From UHGV virus genome UHGV-0267650: a stretch of 19,219 nucleotides of DNA, one strand, 5' to 3'. This stretch comes from a virus. The stretch's first letter is position 1. Every line of letters starts with the position of its first letter. The translations under genes were made by a program, and so were the position numbers. The notes under the pieces were generated by a model that was not told the origin of the DNA, ran no database searches, and saw only the letters and a list, made by a program, of their open reading frames with translations. This document shows positions 7,918 to 15,996 of the stretch, piece after piece.

Positions 7918-8243
7918 AAGTCCACCTGATATGAAAGCGTGCCAAAATCGTATGTGCTCGCGGTCACCCACAGCCGTTTCTGGCTTTCTTCACTGATTTC
8001 CACCGTTCCCGGCACAATGCGTTCATCGTTTTCAACCAGTAATTCCAGTTGTGTAAAAATATCTGCCCTCAGTGTCGGACTGCGTTCCGCAATTAATTGC
8101 GTGGCTAATCCGCTCTCAATAATGGCGTGAATAATGTCCTGCCCGATACTTTTTCGGTTATTGCATAATTCAGGCTCATTACCGGCATTTAATGAAAAGT
8201 CACCATTCTCAATAAGCAGGTCAATATAAAGGGCTTCACTCAT
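7914..8243 (-). CDS. Small baseplate protein (Mu gp46 / P2 gpW-like wedge component), tentative
   Basis: 109-aa ORF immediately upstream of the J-like gene, with its start 4 nt inside the tape measure 3' end. Size and position fit gp46/gpW; the sequence-level call is from memory only. Confidence 0.4.
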   Translation of the reverse strand: MSEALYIDLLIENGDFSLNAGNEPELCNNRKSIGQDIIHAIIESGLATQLIAERSPTLRADIFTQLELLVENDERIVPGTVEISEESQKRLWVTASTYDFGTLSYQVDL

Positions 8244-10207
8244 ACACCCAGCTCCTGATATTCCATTAACTTGCCGGGCGACATCATTTCAGTTGGATAA
8301 ATATTCACCGTATCAATTCTGCGGCTGTTATCCGTTACTGATTTAGAATTACTACTAATTGTTTTACTGATACCGCCTTTATCAACGCCTTTTAATTCAC
8401 CGCCAGTAGAAAGGGTATTCGTTGTCAGTGCTGGTTGAGATTCGTTCGCCAGTGAAATATCGACGCCCGGAATTTTATTGAGTTTTCCGACAATCCAGTT
8501 CCACGATTTCAGGAACCCGCCTTTGATGGTCTGCCAGACGTTATCAAACAGGGAGACAATCCCGCTGGCCATGCCGCTTAGCGCCTGTGACGGTGAAAAG
8601 CCGGTCAGCAGCGCAATAAAGCTGTTCCAGCCGTCCGTGATCCATTGCCACGCCGCGGAAAACACGCCGGCAAGCCATTCAACCACACCAGCCACGGCGG
8701 TAAACGCTGCCGTATTCATCACCGCCGCTTTCACATCATCCCAGTGTTTAATCAGCAGATAACACCCGGCAGCCAGCAGAGCAATCGCCCCGATAACCAG
8801 CAGAACCGGCCAGCTCATCAGGTTGATGCCAATACCGGCCATAATCGCCGCCATACGCACGGCCAGCAGCGTACCCCGCAGGAATTTCAGCGTCAGGTTC
8901 CACGCCACAACAGCCTTTGAGGCAATCCAGACCGTGGCCGTGTAAAACTTCGTGACCAGCGTCAGGGCGCTCCAGAGTCCCTTCAGTCCCACCAGGATAA
9001 ATTTTGAGACGCCCATGACAATATTTGTCACCGCGCCCGCTGCCGCCACGCCAAACAGCGCAAGTTGCACGTAACCAATCACCCGCGCAATGTTGGGAAA
9101 CATCTGCATCCAGCGTCCGAACGTCTGCCCCATATCGGCCAGGCGGTTCAGTACCGGGTACAGAACCGGGATCAACGTCAGTCCGATCACCGTCTGAATG
9201 GCTTTAAGGATTTGTACAAAGCGATCCCACGGCCTGACCAGCTTCCCGGCCATCTCCTGTGTACGCTTCAGCCCGTCAGAGCCGCCCAGTTCGGTGATAT
9301 TACGCTGCAGTAACGCCACATTGCCGTACAGATGTTTTATCACCGCTGAACTGTCACCAAATGCCGCATCCAGCTCCGCCTGGGCTTTCAGGTTCCCTTC
9401 CAGGCTTTTGCCGTATTTGCCCTGCAGCTTGATCAGCATTTCAGGCATGGACAGCATTTTGCCGGTGGAGTCCGTAAAGGACAGCCCAAGCTTTTTAGCG
9501 CCCTCTATCGCGCCGGTCATGAAACCTTCGTAAGCGCTGCTGGCCTCTGTTCCCAGCGTACGGTTGAGCTGTCCCAGCACCGCCAGCTGTTCATCCAGCC
9601 CGACGCCGTAGTTGGTACCGACCCCCCGCGCCCCTTCCATCAGGTCTTTAATGGTACCCATTTCGGTACCGAAGACCTTGCGCATATACACCATTTTTCC
9701 CGCCAGTTGCTCAGCGAACTGGACTTTACCCAGCCGCGCCGCATCGTCGGAAAAGTTACCGTACATCTGCCCCATGAACTCCGCCGTGTCGGCGGATGTG
9801 GATTTTAGGGCAAATGCCAGCGTATTAGCGACCTTCGTCACTCTCGGCAGCTCGCTGGCGGTAAGGCCGGCAATGGACGCGTTAATGTTCTCTGTGGATT
9901 TGACGAACTCCACCGCGCTGGCACCGTAGGTCATGCTGAACCGGAGCGCGTCACGCTGTACGGTCTTTAATGCCTGATTATCAATCCCTTTTGCGGCGGC
10001 ATCATTCAGCGCGTCGTACATTTCGATAGCCGGCGATAACGCGCCTTTTATGGCCATTCCCGTGCCAACCAGTCCCAGCACGCCGCCACCAATCTGCGAA
10101 AAGGCCGCTTTTGATTTTTCCGCAAAGCCGGTGACGCTGCCCTGCGCCTGTTTTAACGGGCGCGTCAGCTTATCAATCAGGCTTAATGTAAAATCTAACT
10201 GTTTCAT
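8240..10207 (-). CDS. Tail tape measure protein
   Basis: 655-aa ORF, the longest in the tail module. It is Ala/Gly/Leu-rich with helical N-terminal repeats and hydrophobic segments in the C-terminal half, and sits directly downstream of the chaperone/frameshift pair. Its ATG overlaps the stop of the frameshift extension. Confidence 0.8.
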   Translation of the reverse strand: MKQLDFTLSLIDKLTRPLKQAQGSVTGFAEKSKAAFSQIGGGVLGLVGTGMAIKGALSPAIEMYDALNDAAAKGIDNQALKTVQRDALRFSMTYGASAVEFVKSTENINASIAGLTASELPRVTKVANTLAFALKSTSADTAEFMGQMYGNFSDDAARLGKVQFAEQLAGKMVYMRKVFGTEMGTIKDLMEGARGVGTNYGVGLDEQLAVLGQLNRTLGTEASSAYEGFMTGAIEGAKKLGLSFTDSTGKMLSMPEMLIKLQGKYGKSLEGNLKAQAELDAAFGDSSAVIKHLYGNVALLQRNITELGGSDGLKRTQEMAGKLVRPWDRFVQILKAIQTVIGLTLIPVLYPVLNRLADMGQTFGRWMQMFPNIARVIGYVQLALFGVAAAGAVTNIVMGVSKFILVGLKGLWSALTLVTKFYTATVWIASKAVVAWNLTLKFLRGTLLAVRMAAIMAGIGINLMSWPVLLVIGAIALLAAGCYLLIKHWDDVKAAVMNTAAFTAVAGVVEWLAGVFSAAWQWITDGWNSFIALLTGFSPSQALSGMASGIVSLFDNVWQTIKGGFLKSWNWIVGKLNKIPGVDISLANESQPALTTNTLSTGGELKGVDKGGISKTISSNSKSVTDNSRRIDTVNIYPTEMMSPGKLMEYQELGV

Positions 10208-10652
10208 TCCGTGCCTTTAAATGCAGTGCTGATTCCGTTAGCAACCGCTATTCGCATATTTTCCCAGTGGCGATTATCCAGCCAGATAGCAGCGGAAATA
10301 TCATCCATGGAATCCTGACCGTGTGGTAAATAATGGCGACGCAAAATTAAATACTGTTCGAGTCCGTTCTGTTCAATTGCCCGGACTCGTTTTGTCAGTT
10401 TTTTACTTCAATTTCCAGTTCTGGCGCATAAAGTTCATTCACTTTCCCGGCCAACTGGATCGCTGCGCCCGGACGTTTCAGAATATCATCCAGCGCCTCT
10501 TTACTTTCAGCAGACACAATGCGCACAAGATAATTGTGTGCAGGTGCCACTTTATTATCCATCGCCATTTCGTTGATGAACTTATTATAAGCGGTCTGAT
10601 TCGGTTCAAAGGTGATTTCTTTTTCGCATACAACCAGATTAATTTTTTCCAT
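10204..10652 (-). CDS. Predicted -1 frameshift fusion product of the tail assembly chaperone (E+E'-like, ~146 aa)
   Basis: The -1 frame is open for 61 codons from the slippery site at 10398..10404 (LTKRVRAIEQNGLEQYLILRRHYLPHGQDSMDDISAAIWLDNRHWENMRIAVANGISTAFKGTE). It ends at a TGA that overlaps the tape measure ATG. The 0 frame and +1 frame both hit stops immediately. Confidence 0.55.
10395..10652 (-). CDS. Tail assembly chaperone (P2 gpE-like), zero-frame product
   Basis: 85-aa ORF immediately upstream of the tape measure gene. It ends ...EVKN with the canonical slippery heptamer A_AAA_AAC placed just before its TGA stop. Confidence 0.6.
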   Translation of the reverse strand: MEKINLVVCEKEITFEPNQTAYNKFINEMAMDNKVAPAHNYLVRIVSAESKEALDDILKRPGAAIQLAGKVNELYAPELEIEVKN

Positions 10653-10938
10653 AAATAACGTTCTCTCTTAAATTAATTTCATCAACAAGCGCGTTATGCC
10701 GTGCAGCACACTGCCCGTATAACTCCAGATAAAGTGTCAGTAATTCCGCCGCGTCTTTTCCCTGCGTTCCACTCAGGCGCGGCAGCTGCGTGGCGCATTT
10801 AGTTTTCAGGTTTTCCTGATAACGTACGTTCGGTACTGGTGACGGCGTCGTTGTACATGCGGACAAAGTCATCAGACAGACACTTATTGGTAAATACCGG
10901 CTTAACCACTTCCGTGCGGATTTCACGCGGTGGCGCAT
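10639..10938 (-). CDS. o-spanin (outer-membrane lipoprotein, Rz1/LysC-like)
   Basis: 99-aa ORF that starts inside the i-spanin gene in another frame and extends beyond it. It has a signal peptide with lipobox LSAC followed by a Pro-rich segment (TTTPSPVPNV), typical of o-spanins. Confidence 0.6.
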   Translation of the reverse strand: MRHRVKSARKWLSRYLPISVCLMTLSACTTTPSPVPNVRYQENLKTKCATQLPRLSGTQGKDAAELLTLYLELYGQCAARHNALVDEINLRENVIYGKN

Positions 10939-11131
10939 TTTTCAGTGCCTCCAGTTTGTCTTCCAGCCGGCGACCAGATGAACCGGCAATTTCAGCCAGT
11001 TGTTCCCCGGTCGCGGTGACCGCTTTTGAGACAGTCAGATCAACACTGTCCCGCTGCCAGCCGGCCGTTTTCCAGCCGGCTATAAATGCCAGAGCAAGGG
11101 TGAATAACCAGCCTGACACGACGCGATCCAT
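10799..11131 (-). CDS. i-spanin (inner-membrane, Rz/LysB-like)
   Basis: 110-aa ORF with an N-terminal transmembrane segment (VVSGWLFTLALAFIAGW) followed by a charged helical periplasmic region. Lies directly downstream of the endolysin with a 1-nt overlap. Confidence 0.6.
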   Translation of the reverse strand: MDRVVSGWLFTLALAFIAGWKTAGWQRDSVDLTVSKAVTATGEQLAEIAGSSGRRLEDKLEALKNAPPREIRTEVVKPVFTNKCLSDDFVRMYNDAVTSTERTLSGKPEN

Positions 11132-11472
11132 CAGCGCACCCCGTTATGTTCCAGGCTGAAATGATTACCATCAGGGCGGGATTTGAAGCGACCGCCCCAT
11201 GAACCACCCAGCGATTCCCAGTATTCACCCAGCGGCAGATACGCCGCGCTGTCGGTCTGATACTGGCCATTAATGAACAGATTGAAGTCCACGGCCAGAC
11301 GCTGCGTGTGCAGACTGCTGGAAATGCCGCTGCCTTTTTTCGCGTTCAGTGCAGCCTGTTCCGGGGTACGGTAAGCCTCACCAAACGTCAGCCGGTAGCC
11401 ATGTTCTTCAGCCCACTGGATCAGATTTGCCACCATAACGGTAAAGAGTTGCTGTTTTTCGCTCAGAGTCAT
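11131..11472 (-). CDS. Endolysin, peptidase M15-type (L-alanyl-D-glutamate peptidase-like)
   Basis: 113-aa ORF containing SLHTQRLAVDF and DGNHFSLEH, consistent with the H-x(6)-D...H zinc-binding signature of M15 phage endolysins. Flanked by a holin and spanins. Confidence 0.7.
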   Translation of the reverse strand: MTLSEKQQLFTVMVANLIQWAEEHGYRLTFGEAYRTPEQAALNAKKGSGISSSLHTQRLAVDFNLFINGQYQTDSAAYLPLGEYWESLGGSWGGRFKSRPDGNHFSLEHNGVR

Positions 11473-11765
11473 TTCCCTGTCCCTTTATCAAAAATCCCTG
11501 TAAAACCCCGCTTACGCAGCCAGGCTTCCACCACATTCTGTCCCAGAATACCCAACGCGGAGCCAAATCCGGCTAATGCGAGCGGGTGGATATCCGGGAC
11601 AAAGTACAGCGCCACCCCGGCAATCAGTGACAGTCCGCTGCCCACAATGACACGCCCCGCCACCAGGCGAAGGGTGATTGGTTCATCACTGTTGAGCAAT
11701 TTACCCAGCGCAATCAGCGCCCCCATGACTGCCAGTGCAATGAACCCCTTTTCGTACTCCTGCAT
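11469..11765 (-). CDS. Holin (three predicted transmembrane segments)
   Basis: 98-aa ORF with three hydrophobic stretches and a charged C-terminus (RKRGFTGIFDKGTGK). Sits immediately upstream of the endolysin with a 4-nt overlap. Confidence 0.6.
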   Translation of the reverse strand: MQEYEKGFIALAVMGALIALGKLLNSDEPITLRLVAGRVIVGSGLSLIAGVALYFVPDIHPLALAGFGSALGILGQNVVEAWLRKRGFTGIFDKGTGK

Positions 11766-11777
11766 CCCTGCTGCCTC

Positions 11778-12233
11778 TTATCCAATCAGGTTTTCCGTGG
11801 CTTCCGCTTCCAGATACGGCACACCGTTGATGTTGACGAACTTCGGACTTGTCACGAAGTATTTGATTTTATGCGTGGACACACTGCCACCCTTCGGATC
11901 ACCATCCAGAACGCTGTTGAGCTGCAGCTTGTTACCAAAGGTTTCCACCTTCATTTCCTCGCTGCCGGCTTTGGCGTAAAAAAGGAAGTCAACCGGAGGA
12001 ATGCCACGCCATGACCCCGCTGAACGGGCTTTGGCTGTCAGAACCTGCAGCACTTTTGAGCTGACTTCAATTTCACCCTCAGCGGCAACATCTCCGTCCA
12101 CATACCCGTCAGGGACACCGCGCGTCTGTGCCGCCGCGCTGTTATCGGTGATATCCAGCGAAATTTTTTCAATGTGGATCAGGTCACCGTCCAGATAGAT
12201 GTCAAAGGACATCCCTGAAATACGTTTGGTCAT
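11778..12233 (-). CDS. Contractile tail tube protein (P2 gpFII-like in size and position)
   Basis: 151-aa ORF directly after the sheath-sized gene, joined to it by an ATGA overlap. Size is typical of tube proteins. Confidence 0.5.
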   Translation of the reverse strand: MTKRISGMSFDIYLDGDLIHIEKISLDITDNSAAAQTRGVPDGYVDGDVAAEGEIEVSSKVLQVLTAKARSAGSWRGIPPVDFLFYAKAGSEEMKVETFGNKLQLNSVLDGDPKGGSVSTHKIKYFVTSPKFVNINGVPYLEAEATENLIG

Positions 12234-13357
12234 GCGCTGGCCTCCAGACTTGCATCCAGTAACAGACTGATGGTGATCTGCAGCGGTACTTCATACGTAC
12301 GCACCACAATGTAAATATCCACCGCCTTTTTGTTCTTCCAGACAATGGTCACGTCACCGTCCTGTGGAGGTTTCACCTCGCCCGGAAATGACACGCCGTT
12401 AATGCTGGCCGCAGTGGACATTTCCCGCAGCGGACGGGCAAACAGCGTCTGGTGTGCGGCAATACTGCCCGGTGTACTGTTAAGTGAGCGATCGGCAATC
12501 TTACCGATGGCCAGCAGACGGACGCGGCGTGCTGCCTTATCCACAATACGCAGCGTCTCAATGGACTGGTAATCGCCGCCCTCAACGTCCAGCGTGCGCC
12601 CGTCAGCCCAGTAAAAACCGTCATAGTCCGGATACCACATCGGCACGCTGTAGCGCTGTGCCTCCAGCGCCTGAAGGGTCGCCAGTTCCAGCGTTTCGCC
12701 GGCACCGTCTTTTGGCAGTTCATCGCTTCCCAGACTCAGCAACGCGCCTGTTTTCACCCGCGCCGGACTGTCGGCAATAGTGACAGCACGATTGCAGAGA
12801 CGACCAGCCAGCACGCCCGGTTCATTCCCCCAGAGACGGGGTACCAGCTGTACCGCTTTTTCCGCGATACCTTCCTGAAGGGTGGACAGACGCACCAGAT
12901 AATCCGCCTGGGCTTCATCCTGCTGCATCCCCTGAACCGCCAGAATGAACCACACCCAGCGCCCGTATTTAGCAATCAGTTCAGATCGCAGCGTTGCCGC
13001 CTGGTTAATCTGCGCTTTCGCGGCCACATCATCAGACAGCACCACACCCTCCACCGAACAGGAAACCTGTGCGGCCTTAACGGCATCCACCCATGCCCCC
13101 GGCTCACTGTCTGCGGCCAGCACATGAACAAATCCCCACCAGTTCTGGCCGGCGTTCGCCAGTGCGGCCAGCACATCACTTTTTAACGGGCTGTCACCCT
13201 CGCCCAGCAGCGCATCAAAATCACTCTGTGCGTTAACTGCCAGCGTCTTACCTACATTTTTGGTTCCCGTGCCGATAAACAGCAGCGTGCGCTCCACTTC
13301 CGTGGTTTCACCCAGCAGCTGATTTACCTGGTTTACGGTCACAATTGGCCAGGTCAT
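12230..13357 (-). CDS. Contractile tail sheath protein (P2 gpFI-like in size and position)
   Basis: 375-aa ORF preceded by GGGGGAG, followed by the tube-sized gene. Called from size and gene order, not from a recognised motif. Confidence 0.5.
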   Translation of the reverse strand: MTWPIVTVNQVNQLLGETTEVERTLLFIGTGTKNVGKTLAVNAQSDFDALLGEGDSPLKSDVLAALANAGQNWWGFVHVLAADSEPGAWVDAVKAAQVSCSVEGVVLSDDVAAKAQINQAATLRSELIAKYGRWVWFILAVQGMQQDEAQADYLVRLSTLQEGIAEKAVQLVPRLWGNEPGVLAGRLCNRAVTIADSPARVKTGALLSLGSDELPKDGAGETLELATLQALEAQRYSVPMWYPDYDGFYWADGRTLDVEGGDYQSIETLRIVDKAARRVRLLAIGKIADRSLNSTPGSIAAHQTLFARPLREMSTAASINGVSFPGEVKPPQDGDVTIVWKNKKAVDIYIVVRTYEVPLQITISLLLDASLEASA

Positions 13358-14058
13358 GCTCTCCCCCTGATATCCTGCGCGTTAACATCCCAGCCGAACC
13401 CGATAGCCTGCAGCTGTCGCGCCAGCGCTTTGTTAAAATCATCCTGACCTATCCCCAGAAACGCCCTGGCAGGTAAATCAATCTGCCAGGACGTTTTGAC
13501 CGGTTTGTCCTCCAGTATCCGGATAAGCAAACCTGCCTGTCTGGCGGTCATCCTTTCCTGTATTTCCTTATAACCGGGCTTACGCCAGCGCTTACCGCGC
13601 CTGACTTTATACCCGGCCTTGCGCAGACGTTTCGCCTGTCGAAGTGATGCAGGCTTGTCCCCCTGCTCACGGCCTTCCACCTGCTTACGGTTGACGGTCA
13701 CGCTCATGCCGTTCTGCTGGACATACCCCACCACGCCGGCAGGCAGATTTCCCTTCGCATTCCGGTAATGACCACCGGCCAGATACAGCCTGACCGACTC
13801 CGTTTCAGGCATTTCCCGGATGCGGATCAGTTTCGGCATATTGCGCAACATTTTGCCTTTACGCCGGGTCTGCCGCGCCTGCCACTTATCACCCTCCGGC
13901 GACTGCTGATTGCGCACATTACGCTTTGCTGCGGCTTCCACGCCGTATTTCGCCATACGCCACAACAGCCGGCGACGTTTCGCAGAAGGTAAATCCAGCT
14001 TTTTCAGCGCGTCCTGGAGCTGGCGGAACTGTTCCTTGTTCAGCTCGCCATTTATCAT
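13354..14058 (-). CDS. Virion morphogenesis / tail completion protein (P2 gpS / Mu gpG family-like)
   Basis: 234-aa highly basic ORF. The segment SPEGDKWQARQTRRKGKMLR resembles the conserved region of gpS-family proteins as I recall it. Lies between the head-completion and sheath genes. Confidence 0.5.
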   Translation of the reverse strand: MINGELNKEQFRQLQDALKKLDLPSAKRRRLLWRMAKYGVEAAAKRNVRNQQSPEGDKWQARQTRRKGKMLRNMPKLIRIREMPETESVRLYLAGGHYRNAKGNLPAGVVGYVQQNGMSVTVNRKQVEGREQGDKPASLRQAKRLRKAGYKVRRGKRWRKPGYKEIQERMTARQAGLLIRILEDKPVKTSWQIDLPARAFLGIGQDDFNKALARQLQAIGFGWDVNAQDIRGRA

Positions 14059-14537
14059 TCCTGCCCCTCACTGACCGGGATCACCGTCACCTCATCAGCC
14101 GTCCAGACTTCGGGGTTAGCCAGCTTCCAGCGCTGACCATCAAACGGGATCTGGCCTTTGGGATCGGGAACCAGATTCAGTTCCTCCACCATTGGCAGCG
14201 TCACCACCATGATGGCGGTTTCCTGGTCGATGGTTTCGATATCAAACTCCGGCAGCTCGGCGTCAATGCCGGTTTCCTCAAAGAGCGTGCGCTCATCCTG
14301 GCAAAGCCACGACATAAACAAAGCCATCAGGATTTTGGGATCGTACTCGCGGTAGGGATAACGCTCCCACGTCAGCACGGCGTTATAACGGATGATGGCA
14401 ATACGGTACTGCCCCAGCCCGGTGTCCCGCTGTGCCGGGATGAACGCGATCTCGTCCATCTGGCTGTCAAATCCCTGCATTGCCCGTCTGGGCATGTTGG
14501 CAATGAGAAAATCGGTTAATTCCGTTAACTGGCTCAT
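14055..14537 (-). CDS. Tail completion protein, gpR-like (tentative)
   Basis: 160-aa acidic ORF between the L-like and S-like genes with start/stop overlaps on both sides. The call rests on position only. Confidence 0.35.
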   Translation of the reverse strand: MSQLTELTDFLIANMPRRAMQGFDSQMDEIAFIPAQRDTGLGQYRIAIIRYNAVLTWERYPYREYDPKILMALFMSWLCQDERTLFEETGIDAELPEFDIETIDQETAIMVVTLPMVEELNLVPDPKGQIPFDGQRWKLANPEVWTADEVTVIPVSEGQE

Positions 14538-14986
14538 ATCATGGCCACCGTAATGCGTTTCAGCCCTTTGATGCGGCGTACTGCCAGTGTGGACTCTGCA
14601 ATCAGGCTGGAGCGGGTTTCGTCACTTTCCTGCCCCGGATGGCTCTCACGGCGACCAACAGAGGCAAACTCGCCCATCAAATCAGCTTTGGCACGTGCAT
14701 ATACCGCTTTGCGATAACGGGCGCACAACAGATTTTCGCCGTCAATTTCCACGCCCGGAACGTGCGCCGCGCGCTCATGGCCAACGCTGCGATACCTTGC
14801 CGCCACACTGACCAGATCATCATTGATTTCGCCGGCTGCAGTCAGCAGCGCCTGGCGGATGGTGGCCGCATCAATATCGGCCGGAATGGTGCGCTGGGAC
14901 TGAAAATCTTTCACGCTCAGGTCAGGCCAGAAGCCATCATTCGTCAGAGTGGCATCGTCAAAATCAATTGAAGTTCCGCTGAACAT
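14534..14986 (-). CDS. L: Head completion/stabilisation protein (P2 gpL-like)
   Basis: The ORF track extends to a GTG at 15025. The ATG at 14986 has a good RBS (GGAGAAACAGG then ATG) and gives ~150 aa. Position after the small terminase gene and sequence character fit gpL. Confidence 0.55.
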   Translation of the reverse strand: MFSGTSIDFDDATLTNDGFWPDLSVKDFQSQRTIPADIDAATIRQALLTAAGEINDDLVSVAARYRSVGHERAAHVPGVEIDGENLLCARYRKAVYARAKADLMGEFASVGRRESHPGQESDETRSSLIAESTLAVRRIKGLKRITVAMI

Positions 14987-15000
14987 CCTGTTTCTCCGGA

Positions 15001-15070
15001 AAAAAGCGGGCTGACCGGTTTCCACGGGCGATACGCTTATGCGATCCCCTCCACCGCGCCCGCTTTCGGG
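15001..15070 (-). terminator. Terminator/attenuator-like structured element with a U6 tract upstream of the L gene
   Basis: On the - strand transcript AAAGCGGGC can pair with GCCCGCUUUUUU, enclosing ~41 nt of internally pairing sequence (GGGCG...CGCCC), and is followed by six U residues. It lies in the 54-nt gap between the 63-aa ORF and the L RBS. Confidence 0.3.
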
Positions 15071-15079
15071 TCGGTAGTC

Positions 15080-15271
15080 TTACTCGCCGCGTTTTGCGGC
15101 CTGAATCTCACCTTCTTCAAACCACGCATCAGATGCGCGACCGTCAGCAGTCTGATAATGGATCAGATACTGATTGCAGCTGTTGGTGTACTCCGCACGG
15201 GCTTTGATATGCCCCTCTTCGCCGCTAATGGAAACTTCAACAACCTGGCCTAACTCATGCTTAAACGACAT
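15080..15271 (-). CDS. Small hypothetical protein (63 aa) inserted between the small terminase and head completion genes
   Basis: ORF with SD-like GGGAG about 8 nt upstream of the ATG, beginning 1 nt after the M-like stop. P2 has no gene at this position as I recall. Faint resemblance to small YodC/DUF2158-type proteins, from memory only. Confidence 0.4.
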   Translation of the reverse strand: MSFKHELGQVVEVSISGEEGHIKARAEYTNSCNQYLIHYQTADGRASDAWFEEGEIQAAKRGE

Positions 15272-15272
15272 A

Positions 15273-15986
15273 TCAAACTCCCGTAGACTCTTTTTTCAGC
15301 GCCCGCAGACGCGCAGCAATACGCTGCAACATCGTGCCAACACCACATTTAGGGTCGAATCCCTTCGCCTGCTCCAGCAGTTCCTTAGCCCGGAGCAATA
15401 CTTCCCTGTCTTCCGTTGCCGCTGCGCGTGGCTCTCCGTTTTCATCGCGTAGCAGGTGCAGACCGGCAAACTTCAGGTATTTGGCCTTAATGACCTCATA
15501 CACATTCCAGTGCTGCGTCACGTTTTCCAGCGTACGGCCAAAATACGGCTCCACATCATGCCCCTGTACGGCTTCCGCTTCCGCCCAGGACAACACCGTA
15601 TCCGCCACAAACACCGGGAACGCGCTGCCGAACGCGGCCGGGGTTTCCTGCCCCCGCTGGATTGCCACATCCGCCCAGTCCAGCGCCTGGTCAAACTGGC
15701 CTGTATCAAACAGCCAGACGACACACCAGGCAAAAACAGGATTCTGTTGCACACTGTCACCTTCCAGCCAGGATTGCGCGGTTGGCATCCAGCGCGGTAA
15801 CAGCACATCACGCTTAAATTCCATTCGCTCAGCGCGGCTTTCAATCGCTGCAGCTGCGGCGACATCTTTCTCCAGCGCGACAATCTGAATATGCAGGCTG
15901 GTTTCCGTGTCCAGAGACTGCTGCTGTCGCAGTAACCGCTCCGCTTCAATTCGTGCGCTGTGGCGCTGTGCCGGTGACAGTTGCAT
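15273..15986 (-). CDS. M: Terminase small (endonuclease) subunit, P2 gpM-like
   Basis: 237-aa ORF with N-terminal SPAQRH and internal LHLLRDENGE, matching P2 gpM as recalled (SPAQRH..., ...LFLRDGGD). RBS AAGGGGGA. Located between the capsid and head-completion genes. Confidence 0.7.
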   Translation of the reverse strand: MQLSPAQRHSARIEAERLLRQQQSLDTETSLHIQIVALEKDVAAAAAIESRAERMEFKRDVLLPRWMPTAQSWLEGDSVQQNPVFAWCVVWLFDTGQFDQALDWADVAIQRGQETPAAFGSAFPVFVADTVLSWAEAEAVQGHDVEPYFGRTLENVTQHWNVYEVIKAKYLKFAGLHLLRDENGEPRAAATEDREVLLRAKELLEQAKGFDPKCGVGTMLQRIAARLRALKKESTGV

Positions 15987-15996
15987 TAAATCCCCC

